From the IMG/VR virus record IMGVR_UViG_3300017716_002050, positions 1 through 39,128 of that record: 39,128 bases of DNA. The stretch is one strand, 5' to 3'. The stretch is from a virus. Taxonomy: Duplodnaviria > Caudoviricetes. The translations under genes and the position numbers were made by a program. A model generated the notes under the pieces. It saw only the letters and a list, made by a program, of their open reading frames with translations, was not told the DNA's origin and ran no database searches. This document shows positions 1 to 7,566 of this stretch, piece by piece; positions within the stretch are counted from its first letter, which is position 1, and each line of letters opens with the position of its first letter.

Positions 1-123
1 AATACGGGCCGTCAGTTCATCGAGTTCGTCGGCCTGATCCTGATACTGCACGTAGTCCGCAACCGGGATTGTGCTGTCGTTGGCCGTCGTGGCGTTCAGC
101 GGAGGCGGGCACGGGAAGAACTC
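1..123. repeat. Terminal direct repeat, left copy (circular assembly overlap)
   Basis: 1-123 is identical to 39006-39128, giving a unique genome length of 39005 bp. Confidence 0.97.
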
Positions 124-978
124 GTTAAGCCCCAGCGGGTCTTCGCGCTTGTCCAGCACTCCCGCCGTATAGCCCTTGCAGACCCAATAGGCCGTCTTGC
201 TAGGCTTGTCCCAAATCTCATAGACCTCGCCCGTCTGCGTCGCCTGCTTTTGGGCCTCCGTCGATGTGTTCGCGCTTGTGGTCGTGGTGACAATCGGGAC
301 GTTCTTCGCCATCTCAGCGCCGAACCGCTCCGTAAGCTCGGCCTTCGTCATGTAGACGCGGCGAGCCACCCAACGCACTTCCGCCCACTCCCTAGACGGG
401 TTCGTCAGCCAGTCTTTCCAAGCGACGTGGTCACACTGGACCTCTTCGTAAACGACTTCCTCGCCAATCTCGCCCGTCTCCGAACGGTCTGCGTCTTCCT
501 CGCCCTCGCCAAGCTCCGGGTCTTGCTCCGGGTTTAGCTTCCGCATGTGCGGGATGTAGCGAACCCACACTTGACCCCGTCCGGGCAGCAGATAGTCAAG
601 AACACACAGTTTCACGCGTCCGTCAAAATCGTACTGGTCAAGGCTGAACCCTAGCGCACGTTCCAGCACATCAGATGCGACCTTGCCGACCGGGTCTTCA
701 TCACGATAGCGCCTGTCCACCATAGGCTTCGGCTGCTTCGCATAGATGGCAGGCTGCAACGTCTGCACATTGGACCACAGCACAGCAAAGCGACGCTTGG
801 CATAGCTGGACGACGGACGGCCCCCGCCACGGTCGCGGTTCTCATTCTTGAAGCGGCGGACGATAGCGTCACCGGACTTCCAGAACGGTTGCAACTCCCG
901 CTCGGATAGCTCGATTTCCTCGATCCACTTGGTGACGAGGTCAATGTCGGCCTGATTCACAGGTTCGTCGGGAAGCAT
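1..978 (-). CDS. Portal protein, N-terminal part (continues across the circular junction to 37914; ~689 aa total)
   Basis: ATG at 978 with GAGGGG RBS. Reads MLPDEPVNQADIDLVTKWIEEIELSERE...LWSNVQTLQPAIYAKQPKP. It is in frame with ORF 37914-39056 through the repeat and follows TerL. Absent from the ORF track because it runs off the window end. Confidence 0.9.
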   Translation of the reverse strand, partial: MLPDEPVNQADIDLVTKWIEEIELSERELQPFWKSGDAIVRRFKNENRDRGGGRPSSSYAKRRFAVLWSNVQTLQPAIYAKQPKPMVDRRYRDEDPVGKVASDVLERALGFSLDQYDFDGRVKLCVLDYLLPGRGQVWVRYIPHMRKLNPEQDPELGEGEEDADRSETGEIGEEVVYEEVQCDHVAWKDWLTNPSREWAEVRWVARRVYMTKAELTERFGAEMAKNVPIVTTTTSANTSTEAQKQATQTGEVYEIWDKPSKTAYWVCKGYTAGVLDKREDPLGLNEFFPCPPPLNATTANDSTIPVADYVQYQDQADELDELTARI

Positions 979-1001
979 GGCCCCTCGCAAGCGTTCAGGG
1001 G

Positions 1002-1030
1002 ACAATAACTTGCGCGGTCCCGCTTGTCGA
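1002..1030 (-). promoter_or_regulatory. Putative sigma70-type promoter for portal/head genes
   Basis: TCGACA-N17-TATTGT on the minus strand in the TerL-portal gap. Confidence 0.35.
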
Positions 1031-1038
1031 TAGAACGT

Positions 1039-2358
1039 CTATGCGCGCTCATAGCCCGTGTGTCTGGGCTGGTTAGCGATTAGCTCATCCCATGTCATAT
1101 CACGAACGCCTCTGACCGGCTTCTCGGATTCCTTCACCTCGGGCTTGATCTCCCGGTAAGCCATGGCGAGGTATCGGAACGCATCCGCCGCGTGGCTGGT
1201 CCAGTCGTGCTTAGGCCCATCACGGAACACACGGGCTTTTTCATCATAGTCCGCCCGGTACTGGCGCAGGCACTCTAGCCCCGGCTTGCACTTGTCACGG
1301 TCAAACCAGATGCGCGGGAACAGAACACGGCCTGCGTTGATGCCGTCCAGTATCTTGTGGCTAGGCACCAGCTTAGGCTTGAGCTTGAGGGTTAGCATCG
1401 TCTCAATGCGCGTCCGACCCGTGCCTAGCTCCCTGACCCGTGCGTCATGCGGAACCCAGTCGTGTTCGTACCTGTACGGCTTGGCCTGCAAGACCTTGGC
1501 GTAATGCTCAATGCTTTCCCCGCTGGCCTCATAGAAGTCGATCACCCGTATCTCAGGACCGTGAGCCTGCCAGAACCAGATTGCGGTGCTGTCGCCTATG
1601 CCTAGGTCCCATGTGGTGTGGACGGGCAAGGCAGGGTCATACGGAACGTCTGTGATCCGCCCAGCCCTCTCAGCCTCGGCCATGTCCTTCCCGTAATAGG
1701 CCCCGATGATAGCGGCCTCGAATGAGCATTCGAACTCCTGTTCATACTGCTCTGGCGTCATCTCACGGGCAGCAGCGATAAGCTCGCTCTGGGGGAGAAT
1801 CTGCGTCTCACTGGCAGGCAGGAAGAACGGGAACCAGTCCGGATCGGTCTTGGCCCGCTCGAACAGGTCAAAGAACGCGTTGCGGCCCTTGGGTGTACCA
1901 ATGAACGTAGCTGTGCCCTGTCTGTCAGCCAGCATGGGGCGGATGATTGAGCCGAAGATGCCGGGATACATATCCGCGTATTCATCAAGCGTGGCGTCAT
2001 CCAGATAGCCACCGCGAAGAGCGTCCGGGTTGTCTGCCCCGTATATCTTGATGCGCTTGCCGCCTAGCAGTTCAACGTACAACTCCGACTCATTCGGAGG
2101 CTTGGCCCATACCGGCTGGCTATACCGCTTGAGATAGTCCCAAGCCACGTCCTTGGCCTGCTTTAGATACGGCGCGAGGTATGCGGCCCGGTAGTTTGGC
2201 TTGTCGCTCTCAATGGCCCGTTTGATCTTGTCATTGATGCAAGCCACGGTCTTGCCGCATCGCCTGTGTGCCACCCCGATTGCAAAGCGTTGCGTTCGGT
2301 TGTGGAACGGGAGAAAGACGCGGCGAGGCGCGTAGGGGATTACTCGGGTTTCAGCCAT
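1039..2358 (-). CDS. terL: Terminase large subunit
   Basis: Walker A-like HRRCGKT, Walker B LDEYAD, coupling motif IGTPKG, RNase H-like nuclease WDLGIGDSTAIW and C-terminal HDWTSHAADAFRY. Confidence 0.96.
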   Translation of the reverse strand: MAETRVIPYAPRRVFLPFHNRTQRFAIGVAHRRCGKTVACINDKIKRAIESDKPNYRAAYLAPYLKQAKDVAWDYLKRYSQPVWAKPPNESELYVELLGGKRIKIYGADNPDALRGGYLDDATLDEYADMYPGIFGSIIRPMLADRQGTATFIGTPKGRNAFFDLFERAKTDPDWFPFFLPASETQILPQSELIAAAREMTPEQYEQEFECSFEAAIIGAYYGKDMAEAERAGRITDVPYDPALPVHTTWDLGIGDSTAIWFWQAHGPEIRVIDFYEASGESIEHYAKVLQAKPYRYEHDWVPHDARVRELGTGRTRIETMLTLKLKPKLVPSHKILDGINAGRVLFPRIWFDRDKCKPGLECLRQYRADYDEKARVFRDGPKHDWTSHAADAFRYLAMAYREIKPEVKESEKPVRGVRDMTWDELIANQPRHTGYERA

Positions 2359-2756
2359 GTGACCGCGATAGCGCCACCGTCAGGGCCTGACACTTCGGCT
2401 TGCACCTTGTCGCCGTACTTCTTCGGCAGCAGCTTGGATGCCACCCATTTACGCGCGTCAATCCGTAGCCTGTCCCGCGCAACGTCAATCGCGCTTGGGT
2501 CGGCGCAGGAAACCCCATCAGCGATGGTCACGATTTCATCCGCGTGGGTTTCGGCCTGAACCTCTCTTGCCCTCGCGTATTGTTCACGAAAGTCGGGCTT
2601 CTCGCTAACCCAGCGAAGGATTGTGCCGATAGAGGGCATCCAATCATCACGGTCTGAACTGCAAATGGCCCGCAACGATTCCCCGTTAGCGAGCCTTGTG
2701 CAAATCTCGTCCGCCAGTTCTGGCGTATAGTCAGAGGGTCGGCCTAGACCGGCCAT
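2340..2756 (-). CDS. terS: Terminase small subunit (Sf6 gp1-like)
   Basis: GRPSDYTPELADEICTRLANGESLRAIC HTH and RLRIDARKWVASKLLPKKYGDK; overlaps the terL start. Confidence 0.93.
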   Translation of the reverse strand: MAGLGRPSDYTPELADEICTRLANGESLRAICSSDRDDWMPSIGTILRWVSEKPDFREQYARAREVQAETHADEIVTIADGVSCADPSAIDVARDRLRIDARKWVASKLLPKKYGDKVQAEVSGPDGGAIAVTWLKPE

Positions 2757-2817
2757 CTGTATCTCCGTGGTTTTGCGTCTAGCCTTATTGCCTTGGCTCG
2801 GGCTTAGAGCGGGGATG

Positions 2818-2846
2818 ATGATGCCTTAGAGGGCTTGGCGGGTCAA
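2818..2846 (-). promoter_or_regulatory. Putative promoter for terS/late genes
   Basis: TTGACC-N17-CATCAT on the minus strand upstream of terS. Confidence 0.35.
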
Positions 2847-2855
2847 GTGGGTGGC

Positions 2856-2869
2856 GGGGCCGAAGCCCC
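2856..2869 (-). terminator. GC hairpin with UUCG tetraloop at the end of the leftward early arm
   Basis: GGGGC-TTCG-GCCCC just after the stop at 2874. There is no U-tract, so terminator function is uncertain. Confidence 0.4.
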
Positions 2870-2873
2870 TGTC

Positions 2874-3005
2874 CTAGTCGTTATATTCATCCGCGATTTC
2901 GCGAAGCAGCTGCTGAATGCACTCCTCGCTAACGCCCTGCCTTTTTAGGCGGGCCACAAGGTTTTCGATTTGCTTGCGTGGCTGGGCTGGGGTTTGCTTG
3001 TTCAC
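2874..3005 (-). CDS. Small hypothetical protein (43 aa)
   Basis: GTG start after GGGAGCAGGA. MNKQTPAQPRKQIENLVARLKRQGVSEECIQQLLREIADEYND. Below the ORF-track cutoff. Confidence 0.6.
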   Translation of the reverse strand: MNKQTPAQPRKQIENLVARLKRQGVSEECIQQLLREIADEYND

Positions 3006-3017
3006 TTTCCTGCTCCC

Positions 3018-3230
3018 TTAGCGCGCAATATAGCGGTGAACGATCCGGCCATCGCGGGCGCGGATTTCGCAAAGGCCCTTCTTGGCCTCGACGGCGCGGT
3101 GTGCGGCACTGGCGCGGGCGTAGTCGGCAGATGCGCTAGCGCGGGCAGCGGCACCGGCGACGCAACGGTCTTCCTGCTCGCGCGCAACGTCCGCAAGCCA
3201 TTCCGCGCTTCCATAATATTGGCTGGTCAT
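3018..3230 (-). CDS. Hypothetical protein (70 aa)
   Basis: ATG at 3230 (MTSQYYGSAEWLAD...) preceded by the repeated leader motif and promoter TTGCGT-N17-GATAAC (3280-3308). Confidence 0.6.
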   Translation of the reverse strand: MTSQYYGSAEWLADVAREQEDRCVAGAAARASASADYARASAAHRAVEAKKGLCEIRARDGRIVHRYIAR

Positions 3231-3270
3231 CTGCTTAGTTCCGTTCGGGTGCTGCTTGATTGCCGCGCCC
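3228..3270 (-). repeat. Repeated 5' leader motif, copy 1
   Basis: GGCGC..GGCAATCAAGCA..GAACGGAA..CAGATG, also present at 3693-3737. Confidence 0.65.
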
Positions 3271-3339
3271 CGTTGATTTGTTATCCCACATAGGCAGAAT
3301 GTACGCAATAGGGAAAATGCACGACGGACGAAAAAAGAT

Positions 3340-3516
3340 TCACCCCTTTTCCAAGCCGTGCTTAAGGGCCATCAGGATAGCGCGTTGGGCCGGGCCGCTA
3401 GGGCCTTTTGTGGCGTAGTTCTGTGCGGTCTTCGGGCTGACCATGAGCCAACGGCCCGCAGCTTGTTGCGACAGGCCGAGGGCTGAGAGGGCGGCGCGGT
3501 ATTCGGTGTTGGTCAT
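3340..3516 (-). CDS. XRE-type helix-turn-helix protein (58 aa)
   Basis: MTNTEYRAALSALGLSQQAAGRWLMVSPKTAQNY is a typical HTH. ATGA overlap with the upstream ORF. Confidence 0.8.
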   Translation of the reverse strand: MTNTEYRAALSALGLSQQAAGRWLMVSPKTAQNYATKGPSGPAQRAILMALKHGLEKG

Positions 3517-3695
3517 TTGAAATTCGGGTCCCACTTGGCGCGGAACTCTTCGGCAGTCATTTCGCCGCGCTGGAAACGGCCCATGTCTTGAACCATCGGT
3601 TCAGCGTCCATGCGGGCATTCAAGGCAGCGACAACGCGGGGATCACGGGGAGCGCCCTGCATTATGCGGGCAACGGTGCGGTTCGGCTTGCACAT
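3513..3695 (-). CDS. Hypothetical protein (60 aa)
   Basis: ATG at 3695 (MCKPNRTVAR...) after the leader motif and promoter TTGCAG-N16-TACGTT (3746-3773). Confidence 0.6.
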   Translation of the reverse strand: MCKPNRTVARIMQGAPRDPRVVAALNARMDAEPMVQDMGRFQRGEMTAEEFRAKWDPNFK

Positions 3696-3737
3696 CTGTC
3701 TGTTTCCGTTCCGGCTAGTGCTTGATTGCCCTGCGCC
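3693..3737 (-). repeat. Repeated 5' leader motif, copy 2
   Basis: GGCGCAGGGCAATCAAGCACTAGCCGGAACGGAAACAGACAGATG. Confidence 0.65.
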
Positions 3738-3796
3738 GATGACTGAACGTAGCATCTTTTACGTAGGCTGCAACAGAAAAATGCACTTGGGCCGAT

Positions 3797-3970
3797 TTAT
3801 TTTCGGGACGCCTGAAACTGCCGCATAAACGCTCCCGGCGGGTCGTCATGTTTTCCAGCGATCTGATGTACTGGCATTCCGACTGATAGGCGGTAGGAAA
3901 GCCAATTGTCCCTTGCTGCACGGCTTTTCGGGCAGGCGTAGGACCTAACTGCGTATAGAGGGTCAGTCAT
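3797..3970 (-). CDS. Small hypothetical protein (57 aa)
   Basis: MTDPLYAVRSYACPKSRAARDNWLSYRLSVG...; overlaps the upstream stop and fills the gap to the next promoter. Confidence 0.45.
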   Translation of the reverse strand: MTDPLYAVRSYACPKSRAARDNWLSYRLSVGMPVHQIAGKHDDPPGAFMRQFQASRK

Positions 3971-4298
3971 GCAGAACCGGCCTCAACGCAGCGTTCATGG
4001 CCGCCTCGGACATCCCAACCAAAAGCCTATGGGTGGCCTTCAGTGCCTCTCTCTCCTCGGGAAAATCGCCGTCAAACCCGGCCGCCGCCTCCTGCTTGGC
4101 AGCTTCGCTAAAAACATGGGCGAGTGTCTCGAATGCCCACTGGAAACTGTATGGTCCAAGCACGGACGCCGGAAGTTCGATACAGCCATAAAGCGTTTGT
4201 AGCGCGTCGTGGTGGCCAATCATATTGGACGTGCGTTTAGCTCGATCCTTCATCATCCGATGATACTTAAGCAGGTCGTCAACCGAATCCATATTCAT
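3963..4298 (-). CDS. Hypothetical protein (111 aa)
   Basis: ATG at 4298 in ATGA overlap with the ninB stop; helical sequence. Confidence 0.65.
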   Translation of the reverse strand: MNMDSVDDLLKYHRMMKDRAKRTSNMIGHHDALQTLYGCIELPASVLGPYSFQWAFETLAHVFSEAAKQEAAAGFDGDFPEEREALKATHRLLVGMSEAAMNAALRPVLHD

Positions 4299-4684
4299 GG
4301 CGTGTCGCTCCATACGATGCCGTTTCGGTTGCCCCATTCGTACACAATGGAAAGCAGCCCTGAAAACTCTTCCTTGCTCAAGCTGGACGATGACCGGCCT
4401 ATTCCGACCATCCCCGTTCCGTCCAAGTTTGGAACCATACGGGTTTCCCGGTCCAAGGCGTCCATAAAGAGGATTTTATAGTCCTCGGGCGAGAGCTTGA
4501 GGCCGTGGTAGTCTCGCTGTCTGGCAATGTCCCCGAGAGCGGCCCACAGGGCGCTGTTCTGGTCGATGCTTCGTTGTGGTCCATGAAAGACAACCTTTGA
4601 GCCTGTAGCCACGCCCTGCGCCCAGCGACAGACCTTATCCCGGTCGGCCTGAGTGCGGAGCGTGACTATAGCGCGATCAGACAT
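4295..4684 (-). CDS. ninB: NinB-family recombination protein
   Basis: RSIDQNSALWAALGDIARQ, LSPEDYKILF, RSSSSLSKEEFSGLLSIVYEWG...GIVWSD. Confidence 0.9.
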   Translation of the reverse strand: MSDRAIVTLRTQADRDKVCRWAQGVATGSKVVFHGPQRSIDQNSALWAALGDIARQRDYHGLKLSPEDYKILFMDALDRETRMVPNLDGTGMVGIGRSSSSLSKEEFSGLLSIVYEWGNRNGIVWSDTP

Positions 4685-4687
4685 GGC

Positions 4688-4954
4688 CTAAAAAGGTATA
4701 TCGTCTGAGAAGGTAGCGCCACGTTGCGGCGGAGCTTCACGGGCGGGGCCTGCGTCGCGTTGCGTCGGGAACTTCACCGATCCGGCCAGCATGGTTCCGC
4801 TGTCGCCCTTGGCCCAAAACGCCACTTCCAGCTTATCGCCGGGCTTTGCGCCTTCGGGAACAATCAGGTTCCCGCGCCAATCTGGCGCACGATCATTCCG
4901 CTTTTCCTTTTCCTTGAAGACGGCAATGTCTCCGGGCTTTTGCTCATACGCCAT
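4688..4954 (-). CDS. Small single-stranded DNA-binding protein (DUF736-like)
   Basis: PDWRG motif and acidic SSB-type tail DDIPF; sits next to ERF. Confidence 0.7.
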   Translation of the reverse strand: MAYEQKPGDIAVFKEKEKRNDRAPDWRGNLIVPEGAKPGDKLEVAFWAKGDSGTMLAGSVKFPTQRDAGPAREAPPQRGATFSDDIPF

Positions 4955-5634
4955 TACATCGCTCCTAGTTCACGTCCGCGCCGGTCGAATGCCTCGCGGA
5001 CTTCAATGCGCCAGCCCTTGGGCATGGTGCGGATAGTGTCGCCGTTCAGGTCTGCCCAGTCTCGCAGCGCGCCAACGGTCGGGATTGTCTCAAGGTCGCC
5101 CAGCCACTGATTGACCAGTTCGCCCAGCCCCTCGGCCTTGGCCTTGGCAGCGGACATTCCTGCACCTTCCGTTTTGTACCAGTCTGGCCCTTCCGGGTGA
5201 ACCGACACGTTCGGATTCTTTGCCTCGCCGGGCTTTGTGCTGCGGGGCATGGACGCTTCCCCGTCATCATCCACGGCAGGAAGACCAAGGATGCCCATAA
5301 GGCTATAGCGCCGGGCATAGGTTGAGGCACTGGCGGTTCCCTGCGGGTCAGCCTTGCTAACCGGCATTTGGAAATCGCTTTCGATCCACTCTCCGCTTTC
5401 GTGCAGGATGCGGGTGGAAACCGTCATAGCCCCGCCGACATACTCGCCAAGCCCCTGCATGAAGGCCAAGCCATGCGCGGCCAACACAGGGCGGGCAACG
5501 TCAATCACCGCCTCCAAGCTGGCGTAGTCATTCTTGAAGTGCGGGTTCTTGCTGTCCTTAGCGACGCCCCTCATTTCGCTAAGGGCCTTGACCAGCGCCG
5601 GGCTGATCTTGGCTAGACTTTCGCTGCTTCTCAC
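4954..5634 (-). CDS. erf: ERF-family single-strand annealing protein
   Basis: KDSKNPHFKNDYASLEAV, ILHESGEWIES, QGTASASTYARRYSLMGILGL, DDDGE. Confidence 0.93.
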   Translation of the reverse strand: MRSSESLAKISPALVKALSEMRGVAKDSKNPHFKNDYASLEAVIDVARPVLAAHGLAFMQGLGEYVGGAMTVSTRILHESGEWIESDFQMPVSKADPQGTASASTYARRYSLMGILGLPAVDDDGEASMPRSTKPGEAKNPNVSVHPEGPDWYKTEGAGMSAAKAKAEGLGELVNQWLGDLETIPTVGALRDWADLNGDTIRTMPKGWRIEVREAFDRRGRELGAM

Positions 5635-5834
5635 GTCGCATCCTCCATTGCGGCTTCATATTGCTGCAAGGCGTCTCGGCATTCTTGCGCCATTTGCCTC
5701 GCGTCGGGTCCGTGGTTTGATTGCATGACCACGAGCATACTCAGGACAGTGAACCGGCCTACAGGTTCGTAAACACCGCCCCGGTCAAGCCAAAGCTGAC
5801 GGCTTTCGTATTTGGCAAGCGGACGGTCACGCAT
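5631..5834 (-). CDS. Hypothetical protein (67 aa)
   Basis: ATG at 5834 (MRDRPLAKYESRQ...), coupled to both neighbours. Confidence 0.6.
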   Translation of the reverse strand: MRDRPLAKYESRQLWLDRGGVYEPVGRFTVLSMLVVMQSNHGPDARQMAQECRDALQQYEAAMEDAT

Positions 5835-6027
5835 AGTTGCCGCCCGAGTGTTCGGTGTATGCCGCCGAAAGCCTGACGACGGCAGCGCGAAGCCGCTCGA
5901 TCTGGTCAGGCTCAAGGTTTTCCAGCCGCTCAACGTCGCCAATCGCAACGGTAAGGCCGGACATGACCCGTTCAAACGTCAGGGTCTGGTTTCGGAGGCC
6001 GCGAATGGCGTCTATTACGTCAGTCAC
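5827..6027 (-). CDS. Hypothetical protein (66 aa)
   Basis: GTG at 6027 with AAGGAG RBS and GTGA overlap; amphipathic helical. Confidence 0.6.
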   Translation of the reverse strand: MTDVIDAIRGLRNQTLTFERVMSGLTVAIGDVERLENLEPDQIERLRAAVVRLSAAYTEHSGGNYA

Positions 6028-6200
6028 AGGTCGCGCTCCTTCCATGCGTCTTTGGCACGGTCGGCCATATCGGCCAGACGGTCGGTCATGGCGTCGTAAG
6101 CCTCCCGTGCGGCGAGGGCGGCGGCGGCGGACTCACTTTCACCCGCATCGATGTATTCCCCGACGATGCGCTCAAACTCTTCGATGTAGAGGTCTTTCAT
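6024..6200 (-). CDS. Small acidic hypothetical protein (58 aa)
   Basis: MKDLYIEEFERIVGEYIDAGESESAAAALAAREAYDAMTDRLADMADRAKDAWKERDL; start and stop overlap both neighbours. Confidence 0.65.
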   Translation of the reverse strand: MKDLYIEEFERIVGEYIDAGESESAAAALAAREAYDAMTDRLADMADRAKDAWKERDL

Positions 6201-6499
6201 ACGTCCACCCCCGCTAGAGCAGGATGAGAACCGTCTGTAATGTCAGCGGCGATGGCAAACCAATCCTTGTCCGTCCGATAGTCATACGGGACGCGGGTGG
6301 CCTTCGGAGGCTGTTGTTGGCGGCTGGCCAGAACCCAAGCCATCGGGTCGGCAGTCTCGACAATCGGCACATCATCAAACGGATGATTTGAGTAGGACAT
6401 AAAGCCCCACACCTTGGCGTGAAGGCTGTCCGGGAGAGGCGCGAGGATTTGCGTCTGGCAGTCTCTCGACCGGATGTAGCGGAGCGGTGCGTAGGTCAT
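6197..6499 (-). CDS. Hypothetical protein, first gene of the leftward arm (100 aa)
   Basis: ATG at 6499 with GGGAGAG RBS, downstream of the leftward promoter. Confidence 0.65.
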   Translation of the reverse strand: MTYAPLRYIRSRDCQTQILAPLPDSLHAKVWGFMSYSNHPFDDVPIVETADPMAWVLASRQQQPPKATRVPYDYRTDKDWFAIAADITDGSHPALAGVDV

Positions 6500-6520
6500 T
6501 TGTCTCTCCCTGTTGGAGAC

Positions 6521-6549
6521 ATTAAGCACCCGACCCGCGTTGCCGTCAA
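6521..6549 (-). promoter_or_regulatory. Leftward early promoter
   Basis: TTGACG-N16-GCTTAAT on the minus strand. Confidence 0.6.
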
Positions 6550-6562
6550 CACCTTTTTTCGG

Positions 6563-6591
6563 TTGCGCTATCGATTTGTCCGGTCTAGGCT
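6563..6591 (+). promoter_or_regulatory. Rightward early promoter
   Basis: TTGCGC-N17-TAGGCT, followed by AGGAGG and ATG at 6616. Confidence 0.55.
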
Positions 6592-6615
6592 GCGCTTATT
6601 GAAACAGGAGGCCGC

Positions 6616-6807
6616 ATGGCTAGGAAGTACGATTGGGAGACGCACCTTACACCCGCAGAGCGGATTGCGCTACACAACTACGACATCAACATGGCCCCCG
6701 CTCGGGACGTCCTGCAAGCCTATCAGGCGGCCAAAGACGGCATCCGCCGCAAGTGCGTCCAGCGCGCTCGCAACGCTATCCTGAAACAAGAAAGGGCCGC
6801 AAGATGA
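6616..6807 (+). CDS. Hypothetical protein (63 aa)
   Basis: Strong RBS AGGAGG; first gene of the rightward arm. Confidence 0.75.
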   Translation: MARKYDWETHLTPAERIALHNYDINMAPARDVLQAYQAAKDGIRRKCVQRARNAILKQERAAR

Positions 6808-7082
6808 TCGCCGCCATCAAACGCTTGTTTGCCCGCTATGGGTTCAGCCGCACGGCACACGACAACGATTGGATTATGGACAGAGAGGCAAGCCGGTCAG
6901 CTTGGCTTCGCGAACAGGTCACGATTTCAAAGAACCGCCGCCTTGCCCAGATCGTGCAGGAGCGGAACGCTTTGAAGGACAAGCTGGCGAAGGCTATCCG
7001 GGATAAAAAGGCTCGCGCGCCGATCTATCAGGCCCTTCGCGCTCTTTCGATTGAGGAACTGCGGACGGAAACCGGAAAGTGA
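6804..7082 (+). CDS. Hypothetical basic coiled-coil protein (92 aa)
   Basis: ATG at 6804 in ATGA overlap (MIAAIKRLFARY...). Confidence 0.65.
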   Translation: MIAAIKRLFARYGFSRTAHDNDWIMDREASRSAWLREQVTISKNRRLAQIVQERNALKDKLAKAIRDKKARAPIYQALRALSIEELRTETGK

Positions 7083-7234
7083 CAGCCCGTCCTCCCACTG
7101 TCGCCCGCTGGATAGCTCAGAACGCTTGGCGGAAACTTGAGTGTGGCTGGTCGCTAAAGGGATGCGCGGACTATTACCGGGTATCCCTTGGCGGTCTGGA
7201 CTTGGCTATCTGGCGGATGAGGGCTGCGCGGTGA
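7079..7234 (+). CDS. Small HTH-like protein (51 aa)
   Basis: MTARPPTVARWIAQNAWRKLECGWSLKGCADYYRVSLGGLDLAIWRMRAAR; GTGA overlaps on both sides. Confidence 0.55.
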   Translation: MTARPPTVARWIAQNAWRKLECGWSLKGCADYYRVSLGGLDLAIWRMRAAR

Positions 7235-7566
7235 TCGAACTTCCGTTTCCGGCCCCGGCGTTGTGGCCTAACAAACGCGCTCACTTTATGGCCAAGGCGC
7301 GCGAGGCGAAAAAGCACAGAGCGTGGGCTAGGCTGGCGACGCTTGAGGCCAAAGCCGGTTGCGGAGAGGGCCGGGTGCGGCTGGTGGTGACTATGCACCC
7401 AAAAACCCGCCACCCGATAGACGTGGACAACTGCATAAGCGCCCTCAAGTCCAGTTTTGACGGCGTTGCGGACGCGCTTGGCGTGGATGATCGGCGCTTT
7501 GATTCGCCGCTTGTCCGCTTCGGTGAGCCTATCAAGGGTGGTCTGGTCCGGATCGAGATTGCATGA
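7231..7566 (+). CDS. rusA: RusA-family Holliday junction resolvase
   Basis: IELPFP...WPN and RHPIDVDNCISALKSSFDGVADALGVDDRRF; start GTG at 7231. Confidence 0.88.
   Translation: MIELPFPAPALWPNKRAHFMAKAREAKKHRAWARLATLEAKAGCGEGRVRLVVTMHPKTRHPIDVDNCISALKSSFDGVADALGVDDRRFDSPLVRFGEPIKGGLVRIEIA

Noticed and set aside
1-123. 123-bp terminal repeat as a biological DTR or att site
   Set aside because: It falls inside the portal coding sequence, which reads through in frame. It is best explained as circular assembly overlap.
3340-3516. HTH protein as a CI-like lysogeny repressor
   Set aside because: It is only 58 aa with no peptidase S24 domain, is far from the divergent promoters, and no integrase is present.
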